A DNA stretch of 54,893 nucleotides from a virus. Lineage: Duplodnaviria; Caudoviricetes. The notes under the pieces are model-generated. The model saw only the letters and a list, made by a program, of their open reading frames with translations. It had not been told where the DNA came from and made no database searches. The first letter of the stretch is position 1; every line of letters begins with the position of its first letter. The stretch spans positions 1-54,893 of the IMG/VR virus record IMGVR_UViG_3300037225_000166, one strand, 5' to 3'. Below, one piece after another: positions 1-9,409 of the stretch. The position numbers and the translations under genes were made by a program.

Positions 1-212
1 TTGTTATTCCTTTATTCAGGACTACGGGTATTGATACACTCACTTCTGATTTATATGTTACAACTTATGAAACTTATGGAACAGGTTCGAGTTTTGCTGA
101 TGCTGGTGCTTTAAGAAGCGGAGCTACTGCTTGGACTATTACTAATTTTACTGTACATATAACTAATGTAGCATTAACTTGTACACTTCCCACAGATATA
201 ATTATTACAGGT
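1..212. repeat. Terminal direct repeat / circular overlap, copy 1
   Basis: Bases 1-212 match 54682-54893 except A100 vs G54781; a reading frame runs continuously across the join. Confidence 0.95.
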
Positions 213-1022
213 ACAACTACTCTTACAACTGATTCTACAACTGCTTTAACTACAAATATAAATGGATATTCATTAAATTTAAAAGGTAATATAACTACAG
301 TAGGTACTGGTGCTATATGGCAAGGAACAACTACTTTAACTCATACTGGAACAGGTACATTGACTACAGATGCTTGGAGTTTATTATCTAATCCACCTTG
401 TTATATTAAAACAGGTATAACAATAAATACAGCAGGAACTGTTACTTTTGGTGCTAATTGGGTTATAGGTGCTAATACTTGGACTTATACAGCAGGAACT
501 ATTGTAACTACTAATAATAATCTTTGGATTGTAGGTTCTATAACTTTAGATGTTCAGGTTATTACATGGAATAAGGTCCATTTTATTCCTCTAACAAGTG
601 CTGGTATTACTGTTACGCTTAGTGGCAATCTTAATGCTGACAGGTTTAATTTCTGGTATTATAAAACAACATTTGCAGGTGCTAAAGATTTAACTGGAAA
701 TTATCTTATGATGTGGGGAGGACAGACTGGTCGATGTGAAGCAAGTTTAGTAAGTGGTAGAACAATGACTATCAATACTGATATTGAATGTTTTGGTACT
801 GCTACATTTCATCCTAAAATTAGTGCTGTAACTCCGGGTAGTAAAGCAAAACTAACCTTTAATGGTGGCAATAATCAAAAGGTTATATACTGCGATGCTA
901 CAGATATTGATAGTAGTTTGGGGAATAAGATATGGTATCTTGGTGGTACAATAAGTAATAGTGATAATTGGGGGCAAAGTTTTAGTAGTATTGCTCCTGT
1001 GGCGATTGGAAACATAGGTTAA
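3..1022 (+). CDS. 3' part of a ~580 aa Thr/Gly-rich beta-helix-like tail/adhesin protein that starts at 53961 and crosses the origin
   Basis: Frame is open from 53961 through the overlap to TAA at 1020-1022; listed ORF 360..1022 is its C-terminal part. Confidence 0.8.
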   Translation, partial: VIPLFRTTGIDTLTSDLYVTTYETYGTGSSFADAGALRSGATAWTITNFTVHITNVALTCTLPTDIIITGTTTLTTDSTTALTTNINGYSLNLKGNITTVGTGAIWQGTTTLTHTGTGTLTTDAWSLLSNPPCYIKTGITINTAGTVTFGANWVIGANTWTYTAGTIVTTNNNLWIVGSITLDVQVITWNKVHFIPLTSAGITVTLSGNLNADRFNFWYYKTTFAGAKDLTGNYLMMWGGQTGRCEASLVSGRTMTINTDIECFGTATFHPKISAVTPGSKAKLTFNGGNNQKVIYCDATDIDSSLGNKIWYLGGTISNSDNWGQSFSSIAPVAIGNIG

Positions 1023-1066
1023 AGTAACTTTTAAATAAATAAAAATTAACAATTAAAACACAGATT

Positions 1067-1450
1067 ATGAAAACAAACACATTTCTAAAAGGATTGATTA
1101 TCACTATTGCAGCTCTTATCGGAGTTCAATTACAGACAGGTTTTCCGACTACTAATATTCAATGGATCATCTTTGGATTTACAATTCTTGGAACTATCTT
1201 AACCTATGCCGGTCAGCATGCCTGGTTCCCTTCTAATTCAAGCGCAGGTACTATCCATTGGCTTGACCTTATTTATGGTGCTTTTGTGGCTTTAGGTGCA
1301 GGGGTTTCCGATCTTCTTACTACTTTAGCAACTGCAACTGTTATAGATTGGACTGCTATTGGAAAGCTATTTTTATCCGTTCTGATTGGATATATTGTCA
1401 AGACATTTGCAACCAATACAGATGGTCAATTGATGCTACCGGATAAATAG
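1067..1450 (+). CDS. Putative holin (multi-TM)
   Basis: About 4 hydrophobic segments, 127 aa, upstream of the endolysin. Confidence 0.6.
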   Translation: MKTNTFLKGLIITIAALIGVQLQTGFPTTNIQWIIFGFTILGTILTYAGQHAWFPSNSSAGTIHWLDLIYGAFVALGAGVSDLLTTLATATVIDWTAIGKLFLSVLIGYIVKTFATNTDGQLMLPDK

Positions 1451-1458
1451 AAAAACAA

Positions 1459-1881
1459 ATGCCAACAGAAGATAATGCACGTATCCGCTGGGAGCAGAAG
1501 GTAAATGATGCCTTAGAGCAACTTTCAAAGAATGTTTGTGATATTAAGAAAGATATGGCAGCATCAAGAAAGGAAACTATTGCGATCCTTGAAACAGTTA
1601 CCCGAAAAAATACTAAAAGAAATAATTGGATACTTGCTTCTTTTCTGTCTGCTATCATTGTCATGTTTGTTGCTATAATTAGTTATGTAAACACAGAACG
1701 ATCAAATGTTGCATCACATGAACAATTACAGGCTCAAATAGATAAAAAAGCAGCACGGAGCAAACTCAATTTTGCAGCCAGTTGGCAGTTGGCCTGCGAT
1801 AGTAATAAACAAAGGGCAAGCGCATATTATCAAATTATAATTGAACCTTCAGATATAACAAGGGGGGCAAAAGGAAACTAA
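1459..1881 (+). CDS. Single-TM coiled-coil membrane protein in the lysis module
   Basis: Central TM segment WILASFLSAIIVMFVAIISYV; position. Confidence 0.5.
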   Translation: MPTEDNARIRWEQKVNDALEQLSKNVCDIKKDMAASRKETIAILETVTRKNTKRNNWILASFLSAIIVMFVAIISYVNTERSNVASHEQLQAQIDKKAARSKLNFAASWQLACDSNKQRASAYYQIIIEPSDITRGAKGN

Positions 1882-1883
1882 TC

Positions 1884-2489
1884 ATGAATTTTGATTTATT
1901 AAAAAACATCATTCCGGATTCAGTATTAGCTCAATTACCTGATACTTGTCAAAAGTTTGAAATAAATTCAGGCTTACGATTAGCTCATTTCCTTTCTCAA
2001 TGTTCACATGAAAGCAATAATTTTAAATCAGTAGTTGAAAATCTTAATTATTCTGCAACTGCCTTAAATGCTATTTTTGGCAGGTATTTTCCTGATAACC
2101 TATCGTTGAAATATGCAAGGCAACCTGAAATGATCGGAAACAGGGTTTATGCCAACAGAATGGGCAATGGAGATGAGGTTTCTGGTGATGGCTTTCGTTT
2201 TCGTGGCCGTGGTTATATTCAATTAACAGGTAAAAACAATTATACAGGATTTGCTAATTATATCATTGATCCTGAAATTAAAACTAATCCTGATTTAGTT
2301 GCTACTAAATATCCGTTAAGTTCAGCAGCATTCTTTTTTTGGAAAAACAGCCTTTGGCAGATTTGTGATCAGGGATTCGATAATGAAACGATAACCAAGT
2401 TAACAAAGGCAATTAACGGCGGTTTTAACGGATTAAGTCAAAGAATTGATTTATTCCATAAATTCTACAATATATTACAAAACCTATGA
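1884..2489 (+). CDS. Endolysin, glycoside hydrolase family 19
   Basis: Motifs AHFLSQCSHES, ENLNYS, YANRMGNG, FRGRGYIQLTGKNNY, TKAINGG. Confidence 0.92.
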   Translation: MNFDLLKNIIPDSVLAQLPDTCQKFEINSGLRLAHFLSQCSHESNNFKSVVENLNYSATALNAIFGRYFPDNLSLKYARQPEMIGNRVYANRMGNGDEVSGDGFRFRGRGYIQLTGKNNYTGFANYIIDPEIKTNPDLVATKYPLSSAAFFFWKNSLWQICDQGFDNETITKLTKAINGGFNGLSQRIDLFHKFYNILQNL

Positions 2490-3217
2490 AAAAATACGGA
2501 AAATTACCTGTAAGACACGATGAACGATCATTGATGTTTTCAACTTATTCAGCAGGATTACCAACTCCCCCTGTTTCAACTAATCATTTGCAAACAGTTT
2601 TTAACAATTTGAAAACAAATAATATTGCAAAACTATTCCCTATGTTAGGAAATGATCAATATGGAGATTGTACCATTGCGGGACTGGCACATCTGATAAC
2701 TCTCTATAATGGTCTTATTGGAGTTAAAAAAATACCTTCAAAATCAAGTGTTTTGACATTATATAAAAAATTAACCGGTGGACCTGATACAGGATTAAAT
2801 GAATTAGATGTTTTGAATTATATCTGTAAAAATTCATTTGATGGTGAAAAAACTCCTAATTATGTAACTATAAAAGATCATACAAACCATCTTGAAGTTA
2901 AGCAAGCTATTTCATTAGTTGGTGGCATTTATATCGGTATGAATGTTCAGGAAAATGCAGAAACCGATTTTGATGCACATAAGACGTGGACACCCGGAAA
3001 GCTAACCGGAGATGATCATTGTGTTGTTATTGTCGATTATGATGATACAACGCTTACAATTTTAACTTGGGGTGGCTTAATCTTGGGAACCTGGGATTGG
3101 TTTGATTGCACATGTGATGAAATACATCCTATTTTACCATTGGAAGCTAAAAACATTAAGTTTAATCCTCAATTCCCTTATGATCAATTAGTAAAAGATT
3201 TATCATTGATTAAATAA
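2486..3217 (+). CDS. Papain-like cysteine peptidase
   Basis: GNDQYGDCTIA (catalytic Cys), DHCVVIVDYD (His), TWG motif. Confidence 0.65.
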   Translation: MKKYGKLPVRHDERSLMFSTYSAGLPTPPVSTNHLQTVFNNLKTNNIAKLFPMLGNDQYGDCTIAGLAHLITLYNGLIGVKKIPSKSSVLTLYKKLTGGPDTGLNELDVLNYICKNSFDGEKTPNYVTIKDHTNHLEVKQAISLVGGIYIGMNVQENAETDFDAHKTWTPGKLTGDDHCVVIVDYDDTTLTILTWGGLILGTWDWFDCTCDEIHPILPLEAKNIKFNPQFPYDQLVKDLSLIK

Positions 3218-3225
3218 ACTTTATT

Positions 3226-3858
3226 ATGAATAGATTTAATGCTTATACTATTATTGCAGTTCTTATTTTGCTTGTAATTTTAATTTTCTCAATCCGGTCC
3301 TGCTCAAAAAACAAAAATCATGCAGGGGAGTTAAGCTATGAAAAATCTCAGCTTGTAATTGATACCGGAGTTTACAGGGATAACCTGGGTAAAGTTCACA
3401 GGGTTGTAAATAAAATTACAATTCAACGAAACACCTTACTAAGTAGTAACACAGAGTTATTGAGCAAAAATAAACTGCTTTTTGACATGGCGGAATATTA
3501 TAAAAGGTTATCAAAGAACAAAAATACAGGCACACTGATAGGAATAACAACCCAAACATCAAATACAGTTCCAATACCGGCACTTATAAAGATAAATGAT
3601 TCTTGTTTTTCAGGTCATCTGGACGATGGTTATTTGATTGGTGATTATATGCAGTGTACAAATACTCGTTATCTGGAATATAACATCTTTGATACTTTGG
3701 TGGGCTCAATCAATAACCGGATCAAAGAGCCTGTCTTCACATTTCATCCCTTTCATATCAAGCTATTCAATAGAACAGTGATTTACAAAGCTGATTTCAC
3801 TCTTAAGAATCCGAGATCGAAGATAAATTCGATTATTATAACGGATATTGTAAAATAA
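3226..3858 (+). CDS. Membrane-anchored coiled-coil protein, possible spanin
   Basis: N-terminal TM followed by RSC and a coiled coil; last gene of the lysis module. Confidence 0.45.
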   Translation: MNRFNAYTIIAVLILLVILIFSIRSCSKNKNHAGELSYEKSQLVIDTGVYRDNLGKVHRVVNKITIQRNTLLSSNTELLSKNKLLFDMAEYYKRLSKNKNTGTLIGITTQTSNTVPIPALIKINDSCFSGHLDDGYLIGDYMQCTNTRYLEYNIFDTLVGSINNRIKEPVFTFHPFHIKLFNRTVIYKADFTLKNPRSKINSIIITDIVK

Positions 3859-3861
3859 TAC

Positions 3862-3869
3862 TATCTTTG
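3862..3869 (+). promoter_or_regulatory. Bacteroidota -7 promoter box for the tmRNA gene
   Basis: TATCTTTG matches TAnnTTTG immediately upstream of the acceptor piece. Confidence 0.7.
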
Positions 3870-4085
3870 TGTTGTTATTTGAGTTTTTCTCTGGACGTGG
3901 GTTCGATTCCCACCATCTCCACAAGTATTGCCTACTTGGTTAACCAGTTACCTTAATACTGTAAGGCTTTGTCTGTTGAGCCCGAAATCAACAGTCTTTT
4001 TGGGGATGATTGGAATAGACAGGATAAGCGTTGATGATAACAAAGAATTGACACAGAATACAAAATGGCTGCTTAGTCAGTCATG
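3870..4085 (+). ncRNA. ssrA: Circularly permuted (two-piece) tmRNA: acceptor piece ~3870-3924, intervening segment ~3925-4001, coding piece from 4002
   Basis: T-arm GTGGG-TTCGATT-CCCAC (3897-3913); acceptor 3' strand CATCTCC-A (3914-3921) pairs with GGGGATG (4002-4008) with a G3.U70 wobble; D-loop-like ATTGGAATAGAC; P2 pairing TGTTGTTATT/GATGATAACA; tag frame DTEYKMAA* (4050-4076). Confidence 0.85.
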
Positions 4086-4122
4086 AAACCCTCGATATAA
4101 GATATTGGGGGTTTTGCTTTTT
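4086..4122 (+). terminator. Intrinsic terminator after the tmRNA
   Basis: AAACCCTCGATAT-AAG-ATATTGGGGGTTT stem followed by a T-rich tail. Confidence 0.7.
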
Positions 4123-4321
4123 AAGCTATTTTAAGCGTTTCTAAGCGTAGATAATTTCTGTCTATGTAAGTACTCAGTTCATAACTCAATCATTTAACCT
4201 TCATAACAGGGGTTTGTAAATTGATCTGTTTTCACTCCAAATAATATTCCCATTTTCAGGACAAAAATATTCCTGAATAAAAATAATTTGAAAATAAATT
4301 TGTTTTTAACTACAAATGTAG

Positions 4322-4460
4322 TATATTTGCCAGTACCAAACTATTACAATTTCATGCGAAATCAAATCATTTTTCAAAAACATAGCACTCCCCGAAGCGA
4401 AATTCATTTCTCTGCATGGATTAGTTTGGTAACTTTTATCGTTAGGGGAGTGTTTTATTA
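4322..4460 (+). promoter_or_regulatory. Promoter plus structured leader, copy 1
   Basis: TATATTTG 4322-4329; TACCAAACTA/TAGTTTGGTA; CACTCCCC/GGGGAGTG followed by Ts. Confidence 0.65.
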
Positions 4461-4468
4461 TACTTATT

Positions 4469-4684
4469 ATGAAAGCTACAATCAATGAACAGTTTTTTAA
4501 ATCAAAGGTCAAAACCTGCAAGGAAGCAGGATTAACACATTATCGCATTATCGAGAATGGCCCTGAATGGGATGAAGCAATAGAATCCGGTTTTATGGAT
4601 TGGATGTTGAAAAACTACGAACATGAAACCCATCATTGTGGAACTGTATTTGTTTTTGACCTTTTAAATCCCATAAAGTTATGA
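4469..4684 (+). CDS. Hypothetical protein
   Basis: ATG ORF directly after the structured leader. Confidence 0.6.
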   Translation: MKATINEQFFKSKVKTCKEAGLTHYRIIENGPEWDEAIESGFMDWMLKNYEHETHHCGTVFVFDLLNPIKL

Positions 4685-4848
4685 ATTTAATGTTAGAAAT
4701 TATAGAAAAACAACAAAATAATCAAATTGATGTTTTGCAAAAGCAATTCCCTGATATCAAAAAATGTGATATTGAATTTATATTTTTAACAGGGCGTTAT
4801 TTTCAAAGTTTTACAGATTTAATAAAAATCTATGAAAAGTATCACTAA
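4681..4848 (+). CDS. Small hypothetical protein (55 aa, not in the ORF track)
   Basis: ATGA overlap with the previous stop; fills the gap to 4868. Confidence 0.45.
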   Translation: MNLMLEIIEKQQNNQIDVLQKQFPDIKKCDIEFIFLTGRYFQSFTDLIKIYEKYH

Positions 4849-4867
4849 TCAATAAACCTTAAACAAA

Positions 4868-5905
4868 ATGGAACAAAACTTAATTAAAATCGATCCGAAG
4901 GAATTTGGATTGGACGAAAATCAGGCTCAGGAAATTGAGCAACATTTCACCCCTGTAATTTCAGAACGTGAAAACCTTGCAATTATTTACAATGAACTTG
5001 TAAGCAAGGAAATGTCAAAAGAGCTGATTTTACAGGCTCATGATTTAAGAATGAAACTTGTAAAAGTAAGGACCAATACTGACAAAATCCATCAGGCACA
5101 AAAAGCCTTTTTTCTGGCTGGTGGCCGTTATGTAGATGCCTGGAAAAACAAAACAAAAATCGTTCTTGAATTGATGGAAGAAAAGCTATCAGGTATTGAA
5201 AATTATTTCATTAACATCGAAAAAGAAAAGCTCGAAAAACTCAAACAGGAAAGAATTAAAATACTTTCTGAATACATCGACACACCTGAAAGTTATCCAG
5301 TTGCCCAAATGTCAGAAGAAGCATTTAACAACCTGATTGAAGGTCAGAAGTTGATTAAAAAGCAAAGGATTGAAGAAGCTAAAAAGGCTGAAAAGGAACG
5401 AATTGAAAAAGAATTGAGAGATGCAAAGGAACGTGAAAGGATCCGTCTTGAAAATGAGCAACTGAGAAAGGAAAATGAATTGAAAGAACAACAGTTGCAA
5501 AAGGAACGAGATGAAACAGCAAGGTTGTTAAAAGAAGCACATGAAAAAGCCCATACTGAAAGTCTTAAATTAGCCTTAGAACAAGTCGAAAAGGATCGAA
5601 TTGCACAAATCGAAAGGGATAAAATTCAGGCTGAAAACGACAGGATTCAAAAGGAGTTGAAGGACAAGAAAGATGCTGAAATTGCAGAACAAAACAGGCT
5701 TGCTGAAATTGAAAGGCAGAAACAGATCGAACTTGAAAAGGCTTTAAAAGCTCCTGATAAAACCAAATTAACTGCATGGATTGATAATTTAATACTTCCT
5801 GAATTATCATTATCAAGTCCACAATCATTCGAAATAGCTCAAAACATTGATGCAAAATTCGAATCATTCAAGAAATGGGCAAAAGAACAAATTGAAACAA
5901 TTTAA
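4868..5905 (+). CDS. Long coiled-coil protein of the recombination module
   Basis: E/K/R-rich helical protein upstream of the exonuclease and annealing genes. Confidence 0.6.
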   Translation: MEQNLIKIDPKEFGLDENQAQEIEQHFTPVISERENLAIIYNELVSKEMSKELILQAHDLRMKLVKVRTNTDKIHQAQKAFFLAGGRYVDAWKNKTKIVLELMEEKLSGIENYFINIEKEKLEKLKQERIKILSEYIDTPESYPVAQMSEEAFNNLIEGQKLIKKQRIEEAKKAEKERIEKELRDAKERERIRLENEQLRKENELKEQQLQKERDETARLLKEAHEKAHTESLKLALEQVEKDRIAQIERDKIQAENDRIQKELKDKKDAEIAEQNRLAEIERQKQIELEKALKAPDKTKLTAWIDNLILPELSLSSPQSFEIAQNIDAKFESFKKWAKEQIETI

Positions 5906-5978
5906 TTCACTCTAACTACTATTTAGAAATAATTGAAAAATAATTCATTATAGATAGTAATAATTGAAAATAATATAC

Positions 5979-5986
5979 TACATTTG
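5979..5986 (+). promoter_or_regulatory. -7 promoter box (ATACTACATTTGTAAT class)
   Basis: TACATTTG; the same extended context recurs at 14554, 24148 and 31605. Confidence 0.65.
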
Positions 5987-6009
5987 TAATCATTTTAAAA
6001 GCTACAACA

Positions 6010-6195
6010 ATGAAAAAACCACCATTTCAAGATTGCGTTAATTGTAAAAAATATATTGATTGTCTGGATGCTGACACCGTTCATAGTTCTGGTTGTGATG
6101 AGTTTGAACCGGAACAAAGCGATGATTATTTAACCGAATTTCGGGAAATGCCTGATAGGTGGCACGAAATGCAGGAAAATGGAAATTTAATTTAA
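6010..6195 (+). CDS. Small Cys-containing hypothetical protein
   Basis: ATG after the promoter; CxxC motif. Confidence 0.5.
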   Translation: MKKPPFQDCVNCKKYIDCLDADTVHSSGCDEFEPEQSDDYLTEFREMPDRWHEMQENGNLI

Positions 6196-6224
6196 TTATT
6201 TAACCATATTTCAATAAAATTACC

Positions 6225-6350
6225 TATATTTGTATTGTCTAAGTGTCTAAATCTATGATTCAAAACATTAAATTTAACGCCCCCAAATGCAGCAACCCAC
6301 TAATCATGGATTGTAAGACCTTAGACAAGTTGCATGAGGGGGTTTTATTA
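6225..6350 (+). promoter_or_regulatory. Promoter plus structured leader, copy 2
   Basis: TATATTTG; TTGTCTAAG/CTTAGACAA; GCCCCCAAATGCAGC/GTTGCATGAGGGGGT; homologous to 10138-10265. Confidence 0.7.
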
Positions 6351-6359
6351 TTTAATAGT

Positions 6360-7013
6360 ATGAAAGTTATTTTAGATTTAGGCTACTACCTTAAATCAGG
6401 AACTGTTTACAAAGACCATTACAAATTATATGAATGCCCTTTTTGTAGTAACCCATTTATAACTTCAGCGAATCGAATAAATTCAGGCAATACCAAATCT
6501 TGTGGATGCAACAAATCTAATGCAATAAGAAAGGCACAAATTAAGCATGGAATGGCTAGTGCTAGGATAAATAAGATATTTAGAGGAATGAAAGATCGCT
6601 GTTTTAATTCAAATAGCCCAAATTTTAAAGATTACGGAGGTCGCGGAATTACTATATGTAATGAATGGTTAAATGATTTTATGGCTTTTTATAATTGGGC
6701 TACAAATAATGGATATGATGAAAAATTAACCATTGACAGAATCAATAACGATGGTAATTATGAACCTAATAATTGTAAGTGGGCCACTAAATTAGAACAA
6801 TGCAATAATCAAAGGTTAATTAAGTCTACTAATACATCTGGATTTGCTGGCGTTTGTTTTTGTAAAGAACATAATAAATTTAGAGCTTCATTAGTATATG
6901 ATAAAAAACGATATTCAATAGGATATTTTATCACTCCACAAGAAGCTGCAATTGCAAGAAATATTTTTATAATTAAAAATAAATTTCCACATAAATTAAA
7001 TGAAATAACATGA
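6360..7013 (+). CDS. HNH homing endonuclease with AP2-like C-terminal domain (likely start ATG 6360)
   Basis: CPFC...KSCGC, YGGRGITICNEW, TIDRINNDGNYEPNNCKWAT, NTSGFAGV. Confidence 0.85.
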   Translation: MKVILDLGYYLKSGTVYKDHYKLYECPFCSNPFITSANRINSGNTKSCGCNKSNAIRKAQIKHGMASARINKIFRGMKDRCFNSNSPNFKDYGGRGITICNEWLNDFMAFYNWATNNGYDEKLTIDRINNDGNYEPNNCKWATKLEQCNNQRLIKSTNTSGFAGVCFCKEHNKFRASLVYDKKRYSIGYFITPQEAAIARNIFIIKNKFPHKLNEIT

Positions 7014-7720
7014 ATGAGAAAATCAAAATTAGATGTTCTGCTATTGGCAAAATCATGACAGAACCCAGACTAAAATCCGACAAAGAATCTGGATTACTTG
7101 GAGAAACTGCAAAAACGTTTATCCGTGAAATATGGCTTAATAATAACTTTGGATATCGAGACGAGGTTGTTACTGATCCAATGCTAAAAGGGCATATTTG
7201 CGAGCAGGATTCTATGGCATTAGTTCAAAAAGTGTTGGGCGGACAGTTTAGGGTAAAATCTGACATAAATCTGGAAAATGAATATATTACGGGTCATTGT
7301 GATATTGATCAGGATAAGGAAGATTGCGTTGAGGACATTAAAACGAGCTGGGATATTCGTACATTTTACGAATCTGAAATGACAAAAGACAATGAATTCC
7401 AGCTAAGGGGATATTGCGGTATTCTTAAAAGGTCAAAAGGTCGCATTATTTACTGTCTCGTAGACTCCCCGACAGAAATAATTGTCGAACTTCAAAAAAG
7501 GGTATGGTTTAAATTTGGATGTGATGATCAGAATCCCGATTATCAAAGAATCTCACAACAAATAAAACTCAATCATACACCCTCTTTAATTCCTTTGGAT
7601 ATTCTTCCACTTGCAAAACGTATCAAAGTCTTTGAACTGACCAGGGATATTGAAATCGAAAATAAGATTTATGGTCAGGTTGAGAAAGCTCGTATTTATT
7701 ATGAATCATTAACAATTTAA
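7010..7720 (+). CDS. PD-(D/E)XK exonuclease (YqaJ/lambda-exo-like)
   Basis: IRCSAIGKIM, MLKGHICE, TGHCD, DIKTSW, QLRGY motifs. Confidence 0.75.
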   Translation: MNEKIKIRCSAIGKIMTEPRLKSDKESGLLGETAKTFIREIWLNNNFGYRDEVVTDPMLKGHICEQDSMALVQKVLGGQFRVKSDINLENEYITGHCDIDQDKEDCVEDIKTSWDIRTFYESEMTKDNEFQLRGYCGILKRSKGRIIYCLVDSPTEIIVELQKRVWFKFGCDDQNPDYQRISQQIKLNHTPSLIPLDILPLAKRIKVFELTRDIEIENKIYGQVEKARIYYESLTI

Positions 7721-7741
7721 TTCACTTCAAAAATAAATAAA

Positions 7742-8548
7742 ATGGAAAACGAAAAAAAAGAAACCGGAATAATGATATTGTCCGAGAAAGTTTCACAAGT
7801 AGCAGTAAAATTAAATAATTCTGTTATGTCAGTAATTGGACATGATAAGGTTGTTGGATTTGAAAAGGCTTATCTGGTATCAAATGCCATAGCTGAAATA
7901 AAGCAACTTCTTACACCTGAATACATGAAGCCAATAATGGAATTACAGGGAAATAAATTAGGCTTTAAATCTGATAAGGTTTATGACGAACCGACTGTCA
8001 AGAATTGCCTGATTGAAGCTGTATTATTTGGCTTACAACCAACCGGAAATCAGTTTAACATCATTGCTGGGAATATGTATGCAACGAAAGAGGGTTGTGG
8101 ATATTTACTTTCAAAAATCCCAGGGCTTCAATATGATATTATTCCTGAATTGCCACGAATTAAAGAAGGTTCCGGGGCTGTTGTGATGTCAATTGAATGG
8201 TCCATTAACGGGGTTACAAAGAGTAAAAAGATTGACATTCCCGTTAAGGTTAATAATTATATGGGAACTGATGCTGTATTAGGTAAGGCAACACGTAAGG
8301 CACGTAAATGGCTTTATGATACTATAACCGGAAATGAACTACCTGAAGGCGATGTTTTAGATGTTGACAGGGGGAATAGCAAAACTCTTGATTTGAATGC
8401 AATAAATGAAATGAAAGAACGTGAAAGAATCTCAGATGCAATCCTGACAGCAACAACCTCAATCGAGCTGGAAGCGATCAGAGAATTTGCTTACAAAGCC
8501 GGCTTAGATTCTGAATTTGAATCCAAAGAAAAGGAACTGAGCAAGTAA
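7742..8548 (+). CDS. Putative single-strand annealing protein (RecT-like)
   Basis: Follows the exonuclease; GLQP..NQFNIIAG and KATRKA motifs. Confidence 0.55.
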   Translation: MENEKKETGIMILSEKVSQVAVKLNNSVMSVIGHDKVVGFEKAYLVSNAIAEIKQLLTPEYMKPIMELQGNKLGFKSDKVYDEPTVKNCLIEAVLFGLQPTGNQFNIIAGNMYATKEGCGYLLSKIPGLQYDIIPELPRIKEGSGAVVMSIEWSINGVTKSKKIDIPVKVNNYMGTDAVLGKATRKARKWLYDTITGNELPEGDVLDVDRGNSKTLDLNAINEMKERERISDAILTATTSIELEAIREFAYKAGLDSEFESKEKELSK

Positions 8549-8680
8549 AATAACCTCCATCCAAAGGCAATACATAGAATATCGTAATGATCTTAAAGAA
8601 AGTTACGGTATTCATGAACTGCCGAAAGAGATAGAGGGAAAGGAATTTAAACGAATTTGGAATGAAATTGAATCTGAAAA

Positions 8681-8926
8681 ATGAGTAGATTAGACAAAGA
8701 CCGACAAACGAAGTTAGAACCCGAAAGGATGCAATTTGCTATTGAAGAAATAGAATCTTTAGGTTATGAAATTCTATACAAGGACAATACTAAAATTCAG
8801 TTCTTTTTCAAACATTCCGTAATTACATTCTTCCCTTATTCTGGGTGGGCTTCTGGTAAAAACATCAAAGATGGTCGGGGTATTGGAAATCTTTTAATAC
8901 AAATCAATAAAAAAGCTGCAAAATGA
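8681..8926 (+). CDS. Hypothetical protein
   Basis: 81 aa ORF in the operon. Confidence 0.6.
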   Translation: MSRLDKDRQTKLEPERMQFAIEEIESLGYEILYKDNTKIQFFFKHSVITFFPYSGWASGKNIKDGRGIGNLLIQINKKAAK

Positions 8927-9387
8927 AAGAACCTGAAATATGCCCTTGTTGTGGTGCAAAGTTAAAGAAGCATCCTCACAGACTTTCAAAAGGGCTTTGC
9001 AATTCATTGATTAAATTCAAAGCTGCAGTAATTGAAAAGCGGTCAAATTGTATTCATTTGCAATCAGAGGTTAAATTTTCAAAGAATGAGTATAACAATT
9101 TTCAAGCTCTTCGTTATTTCGGATTGGTTGCTAAATACATTGATCCTGAAAATAAAGTCCGAAAAGAGGGTTATTGGTTAATCACGCATCGTGGGGCATT
9201 ATTTACAAGAAATCAAATATCAATACCTGAACGAGTTATTACCTTTCGCAATAAGATAGATTCCAGATCGGAAACGCTGATTAAAATATCCGATATTCTC
9301 AATGACGAAACTGCTCCGTACTGGGATAAACTGGAAGATTTCAACATTCCTTTTGATGAAGATTTCGAACAAATGTCAATGTTTTAA
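8923..9387 (+). CDS. Hypothetical protein with N-terminal CPCCG and possible winged helix
   Basis: ATGA-coupled ORF. Confidence 0.55.
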   Translation: MKEPEICPCCGAKLKKHPHRLSKGLCNSLIKFKAAVIEKRSNCIHLQSEVKFSKNEYNNFQALRYFGLVAKYIDPENKVRKEGYWLITHRGALFTRNQISIPERVITFRNKIDSRSETLIKISDILNDETAPYWDKLEDFNIPFDEDFEQMSMF

Positions 9388-9409
9388 AACAATAAATAAA
9401 AACAAAATT

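Noticed and set aside
1-212. Biological terminal repeat of the packaged genome
   Set aside because: It falls mid-gene and is more simply an assembly overlap; the sequence alone cannot establish physical ends.
3893-3924. Stand-alone tRNA gene or simple attP fragment
   Set aside because: No anticodon arm or upstream 5' half; the matching 5' half and a tag frame lie downstream, and no integrase is present.
4288-4488. ORFs 4288..4488 and 11994..12227, and the N-terminal extensions of 6243 and 10143
   Set aside because: They start at TTG/GTG within or next to promoter boxes and span the structured leaders; short leader peptides cannot be excluded.
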